Shown here piece after piece: positions 38,929 through 53,992 of a stretch of 64,000 nt of DNA (position 1 is the stretch's first letter; every line of letters begins with the position of its first letter). The translations under genes were made by a program, and so were the position numbers. The notes below the pieces were generated by a model. That model had not been told where the DNA came from. It saw only the letters and a list, made by a program, of their open reading frames with translations, and did no database searches. The DNA lies in the NCBI GenBank assembly GCA_964057225.1, contig OZ059899.1, positions 6,200,001 to 6,264,000 on the forward strand. The letters run 5' to 3'. Source of the stretch: Auanema rhodensis. Taxonomy: Eukaryota > Animalia > Nematoda.

Positions 38929-40303
38929 AATTATTAAGAAAAGTGAAAATTCAATTTTAAAAAAAGTGTCGTATATGGAAAAGAGGAATAACATCATAGG
39001 TGTTCAACAGTCCTAACCTTCAATGTTTAGTGGTGTTCCATTGATCAAAGCTTTATACTTGGACAGACATAGTGTGGCCTGAGTGATAAGAGAGAGAGAG
39101 AAAGACTAAGAGAATGATTATACATGACCGCAAAAGCACTTGTGTGTATTCAACCCAAAAATTCATAAACTATTATTTTTGATGTATATATTTAGATTTT
39201 TATATTAAATTAGCACATGACCTGCTAAGATTTTTTTTGTTTAAACCTTTATCTATACCATCTGAACAAATAAGGAAAAAACTCATATAGTGTGTAGTAA
39301 GTATATGCATTATTGTCTGTGTATTGAAGAATTCTTTCTCATTTTTTCCATTTCATCTTTATTAAGGAAACAAAGCTAATATATAGATTATCTCTCTCTC
39401 TCTCTCTTTCTCTCTATCCTATATAAAGACAAAGAGAGTTAGACTGATAGAGAGAGAGATAGAGGGAGAGTTGGAGATAGAAACAAACTCAAAATAGTCA
39501 TATCTTTTAATATCAAAAAGAATTAAATGGTATATAAGATGTTATAATACCATATTATTATGTAACATGTTGAAAAGAGAAAACATTATTACAGTTAGAA
39601 GAATATCTGATCAAACCTTACAACCAATGTGTTTTATAGCTGATTTGAAAGATTTAAAAAGTAATTTTATGAATAACTATCTATATTTAGATAGATATTA
39701 CTAAAATGATAATAATTTTACGAATATTACAACAGAAACACATGGTAGCTTATGGCTATTTTATCTTTATACGTGCCTTTCTGATTTTTTTTTTCACATA
39801 AATACAGAAAGAATAGCAATGTGTGTAACATGATGGTAAACAGAATCATTAGATATTAGTATTATCGGCACATGTATGTATCTATACTTTCAGATTTTCA
39901 GAATTTTCAAACAAGGAATAATCAGCACGTAATATGAGGTAGACTTAAATATAATTGATTATTTCATAAACAAATCATATCTACTGAACTTCAGAAGAAG
40001 CCGGCAGACCCACGTGTCTGGGAAAATTAAATGTTTATGTGTGCTTTGTATGGTTCAAATGTCCAGCATTATTCGTTTTTTACCTGCTGTTTTTTATTTT
40101 GAATGACGTGATAGATTAAACAAAAAAAATTCAAAGAACACATGTTATTATTTGGAAATTGATTGTGGAACCAAGATGAACTTTTTAAACTTTCAATTTA
40201 AAAACAAAGATAATATAAAAAAAGAGAGAGAGATCGAGTAAACTGCAAAAGAGAGACAACGACAAAAGAGAGAGAGGTAGAGAAAGAGGAACAAAAAGAG
40301 GTA

Positions 40304-40306
<3 letters not shown>

Positions 40307-40338
<32 letters not shown>
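40307..40338. repeat. (GA)n microsatellite
   Basis: Seen directly. Confidence 0.9.
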
Positions 40339-40342
<4 letters not shown>

Positions 40343-43300
40343 AGAGATGCAGACATGGTATGTAGGTGCAGAGGTATAGATCATAGAATATGCTGAAATG
40401 CACAAGGAATGAGTGCGTGGGAGAGCTTTTATAGTAACGTAGTAGTCCCTTTTGGCGTTCCCATACGGCAATATTCTTTGACAGTATCGAACTGATAAGT
40501 TTTCTAAGCAAATGTACTGATAAAGCTCTGCCTATTGAAATTGAATCATAGGGTTTTTCAATGTTTCAGCGTATTTTGCCGCAGACCGTATATCTGAGAT
40601 TGGAAAAAAAACTTCAATTCTCTCAGTTGTATAATGAAATACAAGAAGATTCTAGGCATCATTAGGAATATTCATTAGAGTATCTGATGATCGATGAACA
40701 CCCAACATGATGAAAGCAAAACATATATATATCGACACCCTTGTTTCATACCTAAAGGATTAGGCTCTAACCAATTATCGGCTGTATGAGCTCTACATGA
40801 AACAAACGGATCTCGAGGCTACATCGTACGAGGTGTGAACAAGCAATTTATGATTGCCCATCAGCTGTGGTCGGATGATCCTTTGATCTTACGGTAGGGG
40901 AATGAAATGAAGCCAGAGTGCTAAGTAACGTAATACAGAAATATTTTAAAAACGTTCATGTGTCCATTCATATTTATATATTTTTCATGTTGGAAATAGT
41001 TATAAAGTACAGAAAATACGACATGTTGTTGAGTTTCAGAAGTTTAAAGGAACCACAGCAGTAGATTGTGTTCACATTTTGCGCTTACTGATATGTAGGT
41101 ATGAATTACAAAGCTATCTTTGTTCATTTTAAAATGTTGATATCCAATTTGACGAATAGAAACTTTAAAAAAAATTTAGAAGGGGAAAAAGAGATTGAAA
41201 GAGAGAGAAATGGGGTATTAAGAGAGAGAATTTTTAAATAAAGTGAAAAAAGAAATTTAAGAAAGGCCTTCGATGGTTAAAATATAAAAATGTTTGGAAG
41301 ATGTATCGTATGTATTTCCATTTTTGATCGACAGGGTATACGACAACCTGTAATCTGTTATACTCGATACTGCACTTTTCGTCTTAAGAGTCCATTAAAT
41401 GATTGAGATATTGGAAGGTTTAAAAACATAAAAAAATAGATGAGAAACGGCTTTGCAGGTTTTAACTAGTTTTATTACCAACTCTAAATACTGCATCAGA
41501 TCGTATAACGAGCTACAGAAGCACATGAGGTAAGGGATGTTGAAGTAGATGAGGTGAAAGAATGAGATTCTTAATTCAAATTGAAATCGAGTTCAATTTT
41601 CTTAAAAAGCCATTTCGTTTTAATCTGCACATCAAAATGTCTAGTCAACTTGACAAGGTTTGTACTGATGTCTTTAACTCATTTCTTAATCAGGTCCTCT
41701 TGAATATCCAATGATTTCATCTTCTTTTGCATTTTCATCTCTTTTTCTAATTTTCAATTTCTCTCTTTCTTCAATTCTTTATTGTTCCTTTACTTTTCTT
41801 TTCACTTTCCTGTTAATTTTTTGTGTAGTAATTATATTTTACTTATATAAAATGACAATTGGTAGTTAAGTGAAGATAGAGAGGAAAAAACCTACTAACT
41901 ATGTAAGTTGAATAGAGGAGGTAGTATAGAAGTTTGTAAAAGGAAAAACTCAAAGAAATAGAGAGGAAAAAAGGAGAGAAGAGAGCCAAATGAAGAACTG
42001 AATGTGATGGTTAAATGATTGGACGGTGAGGAAAAAAAGGGTTGTGGCCCTCAGTCCTATAATTGGACGACAATGAAGGACGACGGTCATTGCTGTCTCC
42101 CTCTTTTTCTCTCTGTATCCTGTGTATGTAAACCTTTAGACAGTTTGCTAGATGTGTGAGTCTCTTCTGTTTTGTGTTATATTGCTTGTGTCGTCGTGAA
42201 AACCCATACAACGGCTAATATTCCGATTCATAACCAGTGACCAAAAAGGGAAAATGAAAAGATAATTCAATGGGAACGGAGCCTTTGCCCCTGTCTTTCA
42301 AAAGTTTCCTAGATGGATGTAATGATGATGATGATGTTGTTGTAGAATAACAAGATGATGAAGACAATCATTCTATATGAACTGATTGACGGAGTGACTA
42401 GAACACCTAACGCTGATGACGACAGAGTGACGACTGTATTATCACAAAATCAGAAATATGTGATATTTCATGTATTATATCAATAAAGATATACATATAT
42501 GAAATAAGAGTGTATATCTAGGTATGTAGAAGAGAATTGAAGAATAGTTGAAGATTGTGAATTGTTTGATCGAACATCATCATCAGGCCGGCTGTTCGAT
42601 TGGAATATCTAACTGTCCACATCACAGATGGGGTAGTGATGAAGAGTAGTATGTATGTATGCATGGTGGATTGCTAAGACGAAAAAGAAGGAGGTTAGAG
42701 AGAATATAGAGAGAGAGCTAGGGAAAGAAGTGTTTTCACTAGTATCGTCCTGACATTCTTCATCAACTAATGAGCATATAAGAGAGACGAGTATGTTGGT
42801 GAAGCTTTGTGTAGATAGATGATGATGATGGAAGGGTAGCAAAGGGGTGAGTGAAAACGGAATCGTAAACCGAGCTGGAGTAAAACAGCTCATCGATACA
42901 TCTGGTTCAAATTGCTACCTTCCGCTCAATCATTGTCTCAGATTTTCTTCAAAATTTATATTTGGTAACACTGCTGCAGACATATCTGATCCTTAACTCC
43001 AGATGTGTGATCGTAGGAAGTATGAAAAAGATGAAAAGCATCTAAGATTTGCTCACAGACGACTCAGATTGTTATAATTTCGAAAGCAAATGGCTAGTCC
43101 ACTGAGAATAGAGAAATCGATGTTTTTTTCCGTATTTTCGAACAATGTTTGGTGATTTTGAGGCGGAAACATCATTTTGATCATTTATAACTTTACTGAG
43201 ATTGTCAATTTATTATGTCAGAGTACATCTCTATCTCGTTAATAAAAAAAACATAAAATAAGAAGAGACAGACTAACAGACTAACAGACAGTCGATTCAT

Positions 43301-46300
43301 AGTTTGGGTTTCCGGGTTGGACAGGTGGGCTGGCAGCAGGTTTGTGTAGAAGAGACAAGTCGGGATGCCCTTTCACGACCTGGGAGCACCTGGCTGGTTT
43401 TTGATGTGCTCCCCCTTAACTTAACTCAAATTGATTGTCTCTATGTATGCGAGTGTGTGCATGTGTCTCTCTCCATTTCACTCACTTTTGCTTTGTTCCT
43501 TGTTACTATATCTCTCGCCATTAAACTGAGATCTCTTTTGCCTAATTTCCCTGCTTGGCTTACTTGATGACAAGGCTAAGAACCATAACAGGAAACTAAT
43601 TTTTCGAGATAGAATGCGAAATAAAGAGACCAAAATCGAGAAAAGGGATGCTGGAAAGAGAGGCAAGATAGAGGGAAAAATAACAAGGGAGAGTAAATGG
43701 GAGATAAAGAGCTAGAAAATGAGAAAGAGACGGTGAAATGGGAGAGATACAGAGATAGAAAGAGCAAAAGGGTAGCGTTAAAATGAAAGCAGAGCTCCTG
43801 TTGAGGGACGTTTCCGATTGCGTCCGGTGTTTGAGCTGAAGACATTTGCTTAATTTTAACCAAAATTATAATATATTATTATAAGAATGATATGCGTATA
43901 TATAATATAAAGATCAAAAGAAATAAACCAGATCATATAAAGGATTTGTAAAAGATTGCTGTTTCTAATACTGAGCGAGTAGGCCGGCACTCTATTTCAT
44001 ATATCGATTGCTCGTTTTTTTTTTTGCAAAATTATTGCACACTAAGATTATATGATATACATAAACTAATTTAGATGAAATATATATGAAATATTATTTT
44101 TCTTCGACAATTTTTTATATTGTTCTTCAGCTCAATGTATAGCTCAAATATACGTTAATGTACATCCGTGGGTGGTTCAAATCAAACCCGAAAATAAGCT
44201 GAATGATCATCATCATCATCCTCATTATCTTCCCAGCAAAGTTGATGACGATGTAGAAAAGCATTAACTGTCGAAGGTTCTTTCCCTAACCTCGTTTTCT
44301 TCACATTTCATCTTCAAAATCTGTTTGCATTCGTTCTTAGACCTTTAAGCTGATATGCGACCGTTGAACAATAACAACGAGCAAAGTGATATGGGAGGAT
44401 GAGACTCTCTAGTTCTCTGTGTATCTTGAGCAATTTGCAGTGCAGTTTCGGTACATATGTATTTCTTGGTAATTTCATCCAAGAAATTGAAATTGGAACA
44501 GAAATAGACGAGAAATATGACAGAAACTTAACAAACGAATCAAGGAGGGGGGAGGGGGCTATGAATGTAAATATCTATAATCTAGTTTTTTTTGTTCACG
44601 AATCTAGTTGTAACTGTTACTTTAATGGTACTCGTTATCTCTTATTCTCTCTCTCTCTCTTTGAGTAATTTTTTTCTCTTTTCTCTACTTGAAATCATGA
44701 TGATGATATTCAATAGCCATATATGGCAAATTTAATAGCAGATGGTCAGACGAAGGAGCGGAACTCGGTCATGTCACGGCCAGCAGGTTGCTCACTTAGG
44801 CAACGGACCATCTGACCGACAGCACAGGTCAGCCGCTCATATTCACATGAAATTGTGGTATACGACTTAATTCTGTACTATTATCATCAGTACATATACT
44901 AGGTTAAGCAAAGCAAAAGTCTATTCTGAGACATTTTTATGTCTGCAAAGCTTGACAAAGTGTATCGCATATTCTGTAAACAGGTATTTTCTATAGTTCC
45001 ATGGTTCAACATTTAATACATTCTCTGATCTTCGACATTACTTCAAAGAGAAAAAGAAGGAGTGCTATTGACATTGTAAAAGAGAAAACCTATGAAATAT
45101 TGCAGAAATTTTGCTATTAAATATAAGATATTATATAATAATATTAAAAATAAAAGTTGATTTGTATTTATTATTATTAAATATATATATTTATATACTA
45201 TATTCTAGGATATTCATTATATATTTCATTATTTGTTCATTGGGATGTTTAATACAAAAATGGCAATTCAATATGAAAATGTTTTGGGTTCAATATTGTA
45301 TTCAATATGCTTTGCCATTCAGGAAGATCTAAATTGAGATTGTGATCAGTTGTTGAAAAAAAGCATAATAAACATCATATATTTTGTGTGTGACGAATTG
45401 AATGTTTCATAATAATAATAACTTTTTTTTGTCGAACACAACCGCTCATCACGCCCATACAACATGAAAGGATGGCTAAACATGGCGTATTGACTGACTG
45501 TTCACGGCATGTTACAAGTACGTGACGTTTTTCAGTCATTTTCAACACGTAATCTGATGACTTTAGCCAAACAATCAAAAAAATCCACAACTAGAATAAT
45601 TATTTTGGATAAAATAAAAATAATATTTTTCATACATCAAACAGAAAATGGGGTATAACCAGATGCTCAAAGAGATTGAATTGGTTCACACAACACAACA
45701 TCTTTCTAAGGGCACCGCGCATTAGCATAAGCACTGTTGAGGAACGTTAAAAATGGAAAGAAGAAATGGTTGAAATAACAAAAACTATTAAAAGAATAAA
45801 GGTTAACATCATTGAAAATGAATATTAGATGTTTATATATCTATATTATATGTACATATGCACATATGTATATACATATATACATTATATTATATAGTAT
45901 ATGAATACTCATATACTATATGCTTTTCTATTTATGTCACATTCTTCTTTCTCATTATTTAATATCAAAATATATTTATATTATATAATTTTCAGTTAAT
46001 AAAAGTTAATTATAACATATTTTATATGTAACAAATTACTTTTTATAAAGATTTACTATTGTATCAGCTGCTTGTTAACATCAAGCCAGTTTATCGTATA
46101 GTTATTATGGTTTCAGAGAAAAATGGGTTCGGCCTTTACCCTCCACACCCAGTGCTGATTTCATATTCTCTTCAATTGCTACCTATCTCATTTATACACT
46201 CAGTATTATCTATCTACACATAATGCTAAAATAAAAAGAACTAACAGATATGATCAACGTTATCTTTTCAACTATATTTTGCGTTTTTGCAAGAAAAATG

Positions 46301-46820
46301 TTTGAGTGGGAGAAGAAACAAGATATATGTATTTGAATGTATACATCATAACTATACATGACTCTTATTCCTATATATAATTAGAAGTTATATATATATA
46401 TATATATATATACGCTCAGTTGCAAAATGAATATATGGACGGAAGAATATGAGACGAGAAGTTGCACATAGGAAAAGAGACAGCAATACTAAAAAAATGC
46501 GAAGAGAACGAAACCTTTGGACTATCGAAAATTATAATAATCCGACCACTTATTCAGTTCCTCACTACTTTTTTATATTGAAAAGATAATCAACTTTGCA
46601 CAACTTACTATGTTATTTGGGATTGACCAAATTATTGGCAGCAATTGTCAGAATGGAACAAACTTTGATGTAATTTTTGGAATATAAAAAAATACAGACT
46701 AGTAACAAGAAAATAATGGATAACTATCATCATCTACAATTTTAAAGAATTGCTCAGTCTAGCTGTTTCAATTGTTTTGTTTTTGTTTTTCTACTTTGAT
46801 ATCTCTCTCTCTTTCCCTAG

Positions 46821-46967
<147 letters not shown>

Positions 46968-48760
46968 GCTGTCCTTGCCAATTTGTCTATCTCTATTTCA
47001 TTCTTTTTTCTCTCTTACAATATTTTTCTCCTTCAACCCATTTCTCTTCTTCCGTTTTTCTTTGTTACTCTCTAGATTGTTCCAGAGTCAATACAGTTAT
47101 TCGTTCTTTCATTCATGTACTATTATTTAACGCATAAGCTGTGAAAAAAATTGCAATTTGTATTAAGAAAACTTGAAATGAAGAACGTTTTTCGATCACA
47201 TTACATACCCACATAAAGGTCCGTCTTGTATTTACCTTTTCAATAACTTGTAATAAACATATAATATTTTTTGAAAATAAACAAGAAAACTAACATGACT
47301 CAGGCTCATCCGATCGCCCATTGTAATGCCCTCAAGGATTTCATTTAATTATCGGAAATACTAGGAAGAGCCAAAGATTGATAGAAGATAAGTAAAGGGC
47401 AATCAACATTCATCAAAGCAGATAGAAAAAAGAAATGTAAACTAGCATAGGATAGCCTGCAGCAAATTTGAAGCCAAAAGGGAGAAGCATGAAAAATAAA
47501 TCGACAGGTCACTTTCTTTGTCTGCCTTCAACATGTATCTTGGTATTCCAATTTCAAAAGTCAGTTTCACAGAATAAGAAACTTTTTGAATTTTTAGCTC
47601 ATTCCAGCAATGCTCATTCAGGCTCGCAAAGCAAATGAGATTTTCATATTGAGATTATAAGCGAATAAGCTCAATATTCTATAATTGAAAAAATAATTTG
47701 TCCAGCAAATTAAACTATTTCTATTATATCCTTGAGATTAATCTGATCTGCCTTCTCCATGGGGTTTATCGGAGATCAAAGCAGCAAGCACTCAACGACG
47801 TTAATTATGCTTCGGATGTGTCCAAGCCAATTATGATTGTTGTCGTCAGGTGTTCATTACTCTTGGTCTTCGAATGTCAAGTATGATATGTTTGGCTCTA
47901 AACGAGCTGCTTATGCAGTTCTACTATTAAACATTTCATTAGTCTCCTTTTTCTGTTCATGTTTTATCTGTGTATATTCATTGAAAATGTTCTGCTTTTA
48001 GTTTGCATTCATTTAAAACTTTAAAAATTCAATCTTGAAAGAATCTAAAAAAAGAAAGGAGGCCAACTTGAAAAAAATAATTTACTCGAGGGATGGAGAG
48101 AAGCATGGCTGAGAGAAGACAAAGCCATGGGGGGGGGGTGAAAAGCTTCGAAAATGAGAATGAAGCTTAGTATACATAGATGTATATGCGTGTGTATGTG
48201 TGAGTCTGGTTGGTAGACTTCAAATGTACTTTTCTAAAACGGGCATTATGACGACCAGACATCCTGAAGGGATCTGTGAAGTATTGAAAAAGAATGAGGG
48301 AAGCAGAGTAAAAGAGAAGGGAGAGAGAATGAGCAGTTTATGGTTTCCCTTCTCATACATTTATGTCTTTCTCAGCCCCTCTTCTACTCTCTCGGTTCAG
48401 ATTTATCTTGCCCTTTCTTCTTTTCTCTTGCTATCTCGGTTTGGAAACTCCCTTTTCTCTCTCCCTCGTTCTCTCTTGAGGTCTCTCGGTGGCTCTCTCT
48501 CGACTCGGTTAACAACAAGCTGCTACGTTGTTTAACGCCCCACAGGATACTCGGATTCATAATCAGGGACTTCCCATATATAACATAAATATTGAAACAT
48601 ATTATAAAGGTAGAAAATGAAGAAGACAAAATTGCGTTTAATCAGAAGATATGATTTCTTAATCTGTTTTCTATTTCTCGTCTCCTTTATCATACTCTTT
48701 CACTCAATTTTTCAATTTAAATTTCCTTTTTTTCAATGTTTCTATAGCTTCCATCTATTC

Positions 48761-48763
<3 letters not shown>

Positions 48764-48807
<44 letters not shown>
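48764..48807. repeat. (TA)n microsatellite
   Basis: Seen directly. Confidence 0.95.
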
Positions 48808-48811
<4 letters not shown>

Positions 48812-51800
48812 CATATAATACATATAATTAAGTAATCCACCAAAAAGCGATATTGAATTAAAATTCGATTGCTGTTGATTTGATGTGGCTAGCTTCCGTT
48901 AACTATATTCTTTTAGTTTGGCTTTGTTAGGTATATATCGAATAAGCTTATTGAATATAAACCTAATCCGTATGATAATCAGAATAACAATTTGAATCAT
49001 TGATGATTTGCTTGACTTTATAAATTAACTGGAAGGATATTATGATTTATATTTGGAATTATTGATATTATGAGTATTCTATGCATGCATAGACGTTACT
49101 TTACTACTTCATACTATCAACCAAAGATGACATTGAGCTGACAAGAAGGCCAACTTGGTGTCAAACAACCTTGTCCAGGCATCATTGCTTCTATGTGTCC
49201 AACTGCTTTTTCGATTTGTTTGTATTTATGGCTGCTGGTGGTAATCCATGTTGTCATATTATATTTCTAACAAAGGTCAAAAAGACATCTGGTAACGACA
49301 AATGGATGAGACATCGAACATCAAACTCATTGTTTCTTTCTCGTTGTCTTTCGTTTTCTCTTTTTTCTCTGTGGTTCATTTAACCCTTTCAGATATTCTC
49401 TCTCTCTCTCTATATGTGACCGTAGACTGGTTCTTCTATTCAATCTCTCTCTATATCTCCTACTCTATCTAGCATACTTCTCCCTTCTCCTTGTAGTTGA
49501 TTATCCAGCTTGCCGACCAATAAAATGGCTCATTAGCAGTAAGCTCGGAGACTACAACCCTACCAACAACCTCTTGGTTTAGAAGAAAGAAACAGAGATT
49601 TCGGCAAGAGAAATAAAAAGGAAAATTGGGAAGTAAAAAGAGTAACACAGAAAAGGAGAGTCAGAGTTAATGAACAAGCGAAAAGGAATGTTCTGATATG
49701 TTTATATGTACTACGTTGTCCGGCTGCTCATTAGGGGAGAGAGCGACAAGCCTCTTCATCAGACTTTCTGGATTAACGGTTTGCAGATGTTCAGAAACTT
49801 AGAAAAAACTGAACGAATCCCTAAAATCAAGATCAAAATGTCTAATATCCAAGCTGACGTTATAACTTTTAAGCTACTATCACATTGATACGAGTTGCAT
49901 TCGAGTTCAATATGCGAATGTTTTTCTTCAGTGTAAATACAAGATAGATATGAAGGACATTTGATCTTGAAACATGATAACAGTACGTTGGCATTCAGAT
50001 TTCCAAAAATCAGACACAGCTGACATCTGATTGACGGCAGTTTGTCTTTGTTCATCTTCATTGTCAGCTATGAAATCCAATGTGCCATGTATAGCAAATG
50101 ATTGTACAACAACAAACAATATTAATCCTCAGCAAAAGTTGACATGTCTTAAGACGATGAAAAAGACGAGCATTCAGTATGAGCGATGGATAGTAATGAA
50201 GAGAGACAATAGAACAGAAAAATATTAGCAGCTGCGAAGGTCAAAGGATCAACTAGGATGATGATAATCCAGCAAGGCCGGCATTTCCTAATAAGCGTTA
50301 GCATTACAATCCGTTTTCATTCCTAATCCGGTCATTGTATTGTCGTACGTAAGTACGTGGTTTTGGTCTTGTCTCCGTCAAGATCAGCTTCGTTGCCGTC
50401 GTCATGTTGTCTAACGTCTAACTTATAAATATATCGTATATAGTTAAAAAGAAGACAAAACATTTTTTATTTCCTCGTCAATCTATGTACTTTGAATTAT
50501 GATCAGTTCAAATAAGCTTCGGTAGCATATATATACATAGTATATGAGCAGAATAATAGTTAGTGCTACCGGAAGAATGCTTTGTTATCGTATATGGTAA
50601 ACAAAACGATACAAATGAATGTATTATGAATATACAATTACACAATTCTCAATTATCTGAGAAAGTGCAGAATTCGCAATCATAGCTTTGTATTCTTCAA
50701 GATCAGAAGATGAGTATATCCTTTGTTTAGCTCCTGTATTATTCAGTTAAGCTCCTCTCTTGCTCATCATAGATTTCTCTTTCACATCTACCATGTATCT
50801 TATCCTTTCCTTTTTCTTCATCAAAATACCCAAAAGAAAATCAATGACCACACCACCATATGTTGCTCTTAGAGTGTCGGCTCTTGGTTAAGCTAGCAGA
50901 ATGAAAACAAGTGCTCTACTTTCCTTTCATTTTGATTCTCCTTTCGCCATCTTGCCATCTTGCCATCTCTCTATCTCCAAGATCTTTCATTCTCTTCTAA
51001 GCAGCTTTCGCCTTTTCTCATTTTTCATTCTGTCTTTTTCCAGTTAAAGTTTCAAGTCCATTCTCGATATATGGTAGAAAGCCAGGACATACAGATGAAT
51101 AAGAGACTAATAACTCTTCGATATTAAACACAAAAAAAAGAAACAACGAAAGTAGGGGAAAAAGCACTTCTAGCAAATGTCACTTAAAGCCAACTTAATC
51201 TGTCTTCATTATTTCCTTCAATGTCTAACCGTCAGTAGCGTTTGTCATGTACTCAGCACGAGTGAAGCAACATGCATTTCTAGCTGTCAGATTGAGTTTT
51301 CTGTACTGCGTTAGCCTTCAGATCATGACAATGTTACTCGTTCGGTTGACAATTTCTCCAATAAGTCTATTTCTCTATATTGACGGTAGTAGGTTGCAAC
51401 TCTCTTTCATTGTGACTGACATTGATCGTCAGGTTGCTGAGAAAATGTACGTATGCCGCGTAGTAGTTGTACGGACATAAAAATCTTCTTTTCCATCAGA
51501 TTCACATCAAAATCTCCCAATGATTGTCATCAACTCATCTATATAACAAGAGTCAGTCTGTCTGTCCGCCTGTGTGTTGTCGGCAAATGCTTAGCTGATG
51601 AGGTCGCCGACAGCCATTAGCCACCTGTAGCACAACATCCTAGATATCGTCGTCCTCGTATGAAGTCATAAAATCCTGATATAAAGTGCAATCTCGGTGT
51701 GTACCATCTAGTTTCTCAATTCATCTTTAGTTTTCCTGTTCAACTGTTTTTATGCTTTATGAAAACTAATTGACGTCAATGACTTCAAACATGCAGACGA

Positions 51801-53946
51801 TTCAGCATTAAATCGATCTGTCCGACTAATTCGGCGTAAGCAGCAAAAGGGCATGTGTCTTTGGAATTAAGAAAATATTGGTTAAGAAGATACGGATATA
51901 ACATGATGTTCACAGCTTGTGAAATTCATTTTTAACTTTTTGTTTATGGCTTTCTAGCAAAGTTCATGTAGAAATATGTGAAAAGATATATATATATATA
52001 TATATATATATATCTTAGCAACCAACATGAAACAGATTTATTGCCTCGTTGTTTAAATTTCGAAAATATTTTAAAACAGGGATGAAATAATTGAAATGAA
52101 TAGTATTGTTAGAGGGAAATACGAAATATGTACTTGTTATGTTGAAAATTACTTTTGAAAAAAATGTGAAAATGACAAATGGATATTCAGATGTCATAAG
52201 AAACACTATTACTAATAGTAATAATAGTATAGATATAGGATAACAAAAATTAAGAAATATATAAAAATTAGAAAGCTAAAAGAATAAAAGAGAGAGAGAG
52301 AAAGATAGAGAGAGGGAGAGATATGATATTGTTCGAAATAGAAATAAAACGTTTTCCAATTACAATCGTCTTTGACGTATTACAAAGAGAAAAAGTTCAA
52401 TTATATTCTTTGATTGTAGTTTTATTTTAGTATTTCAATGTCAGCAAAAAAAAGTTTAAATCAACTTTTTAAAGTTTAGTATAAAGAACTAGGAACCATT
52501 AAAACTTCCTTGTAAAAGAAGATGGTTTTTTTATGTTTCAAAGATTGTTATAGTGGATAGACATATGGGGATTCCCCCAAAGCCATAAATAGGACAGGTC
52601 AGATAGTAAAAAGCCTACAACAGGTTTGATGAATAATGTGTTGCAGTATTTTCATGAGAAAATGAAAAGAGAAAAAGAAAATGAAGAGATCTTTGCCTAA
52701 TAAATGGTAGATGAATTAGCTCAGAAAATGAAAAATTTAATAGAAGGGGCCAAGTTTCTATCAAAAAAAATCAAAAACATTACAATGATATTGTGAGATC
52801 GTTAACAAATATCTTAAAAAAATGGGTTTGTTAGACGCAAGAAAACATAAAAGAAGAATGTTTGAGAATGGAAATTTCTTAGTTGTTGCCCCTCTTCTCA
52901 TCTTTTCATTTTACTCCATATAAGCACTTCAAAATTTGAAGAAAACACGGAAACATTGGCTTTCTCATCCACAAATCAACATACATAAATTTTCTCCAAA
53001 AATAGATACATTTTATTTGAAATTTTATTTCTTCCTTTTTAAAAAAAATTCAAATTTCTTGTTCTCTTCTCTTTTCTTCTGATGTTGTTATTGGAAATCT
53101 ATTCCTTTATTCAATGTTATTCTATAAACAGCTTTAACCATTAGAAATAATATAAATTGATATTGATGGTTTACTAGAAATAATCTTCGTTAAATGATCT
53201 GAAGCTTAAAACAATTTGTTGAATACAATGTGTTGCTTTCCCATATGTGGTATATGACCATGAACTACTTTAACGTTCAAATATTATAAGCAAAAGCTGT
53301 ATTCTTACCAAAGCCTTTGCGGCTCATTCTCAACTATTATAATTGCCTCTTTTAGCTTATTGGACACATCGTCTCTTGAGCACGAAAAGCCAAGCCGCCA
53401 TAGCTTTCTTTCCTTCTAAATCCTTTTGTCATTAAATGGCCAAGGGTTCTAACAAAATTAACAACAGATAACTATCTGTAACATGTTGAAACATGTTTTA
53501 ATTTGTTGTTTTTCTGTTTGGAAGATGAAAAATAAGGTAATGAACTATTGTCTTGATCTCGCAATTGTTATGAAAATCATCTGAATGTCCCAACTTAACC
53601 GGAAAGTGGGTGCGAGTGAACTATACACAGAGAAGTAAAGAGGGTTAGTTGATGTAAAAACCAGTACTAACGACAACATCAGTTTACTCTCATTCTCACT
53701 ACCAATACTGCATCATCAACCATACGCATCTGAGGCATACATCGTCTATACATGTAACAGCTATTGAATGAACCAATACTAATTGATCATGATGAGAATT
53801 GTCATTTTATAATTAGACTAAATGATAATGAGTATCATTAAATAGACAAAAAATAAGCTTTTTTTCTTGTTTAATATTTCTTTTTAATAATAATAGTTGA
53901 ATATATAGGCCAGAGAGACAGTTACTCAACAATGAAGAGAAGAAAT

Positions 53947-53989
<43 letters not shown>
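53947..53989. repeat. (GA)n microsatellite
   Basis: Seen directly. Confidence 0.9.

Positions 53990-53992
<3 letters not shown>

Noticed and set aside
44170-44189. GGTTCAAATC B-box/T-loop-like motif
   Set aside because: No cloverleaf or A-box; no tRNA supported anywhere in the window
50517-50575. CTTCGGTAGCA..TGCTACCGGAAG inverted repeat as a pre-miRNA
   Set aside because: Only about 12 bp pair and the central part is unpaired
52567-52577. GGGGATTCCCC NF-kB-like site
   Set aside because: Single match, and nematodes lack NF-kB
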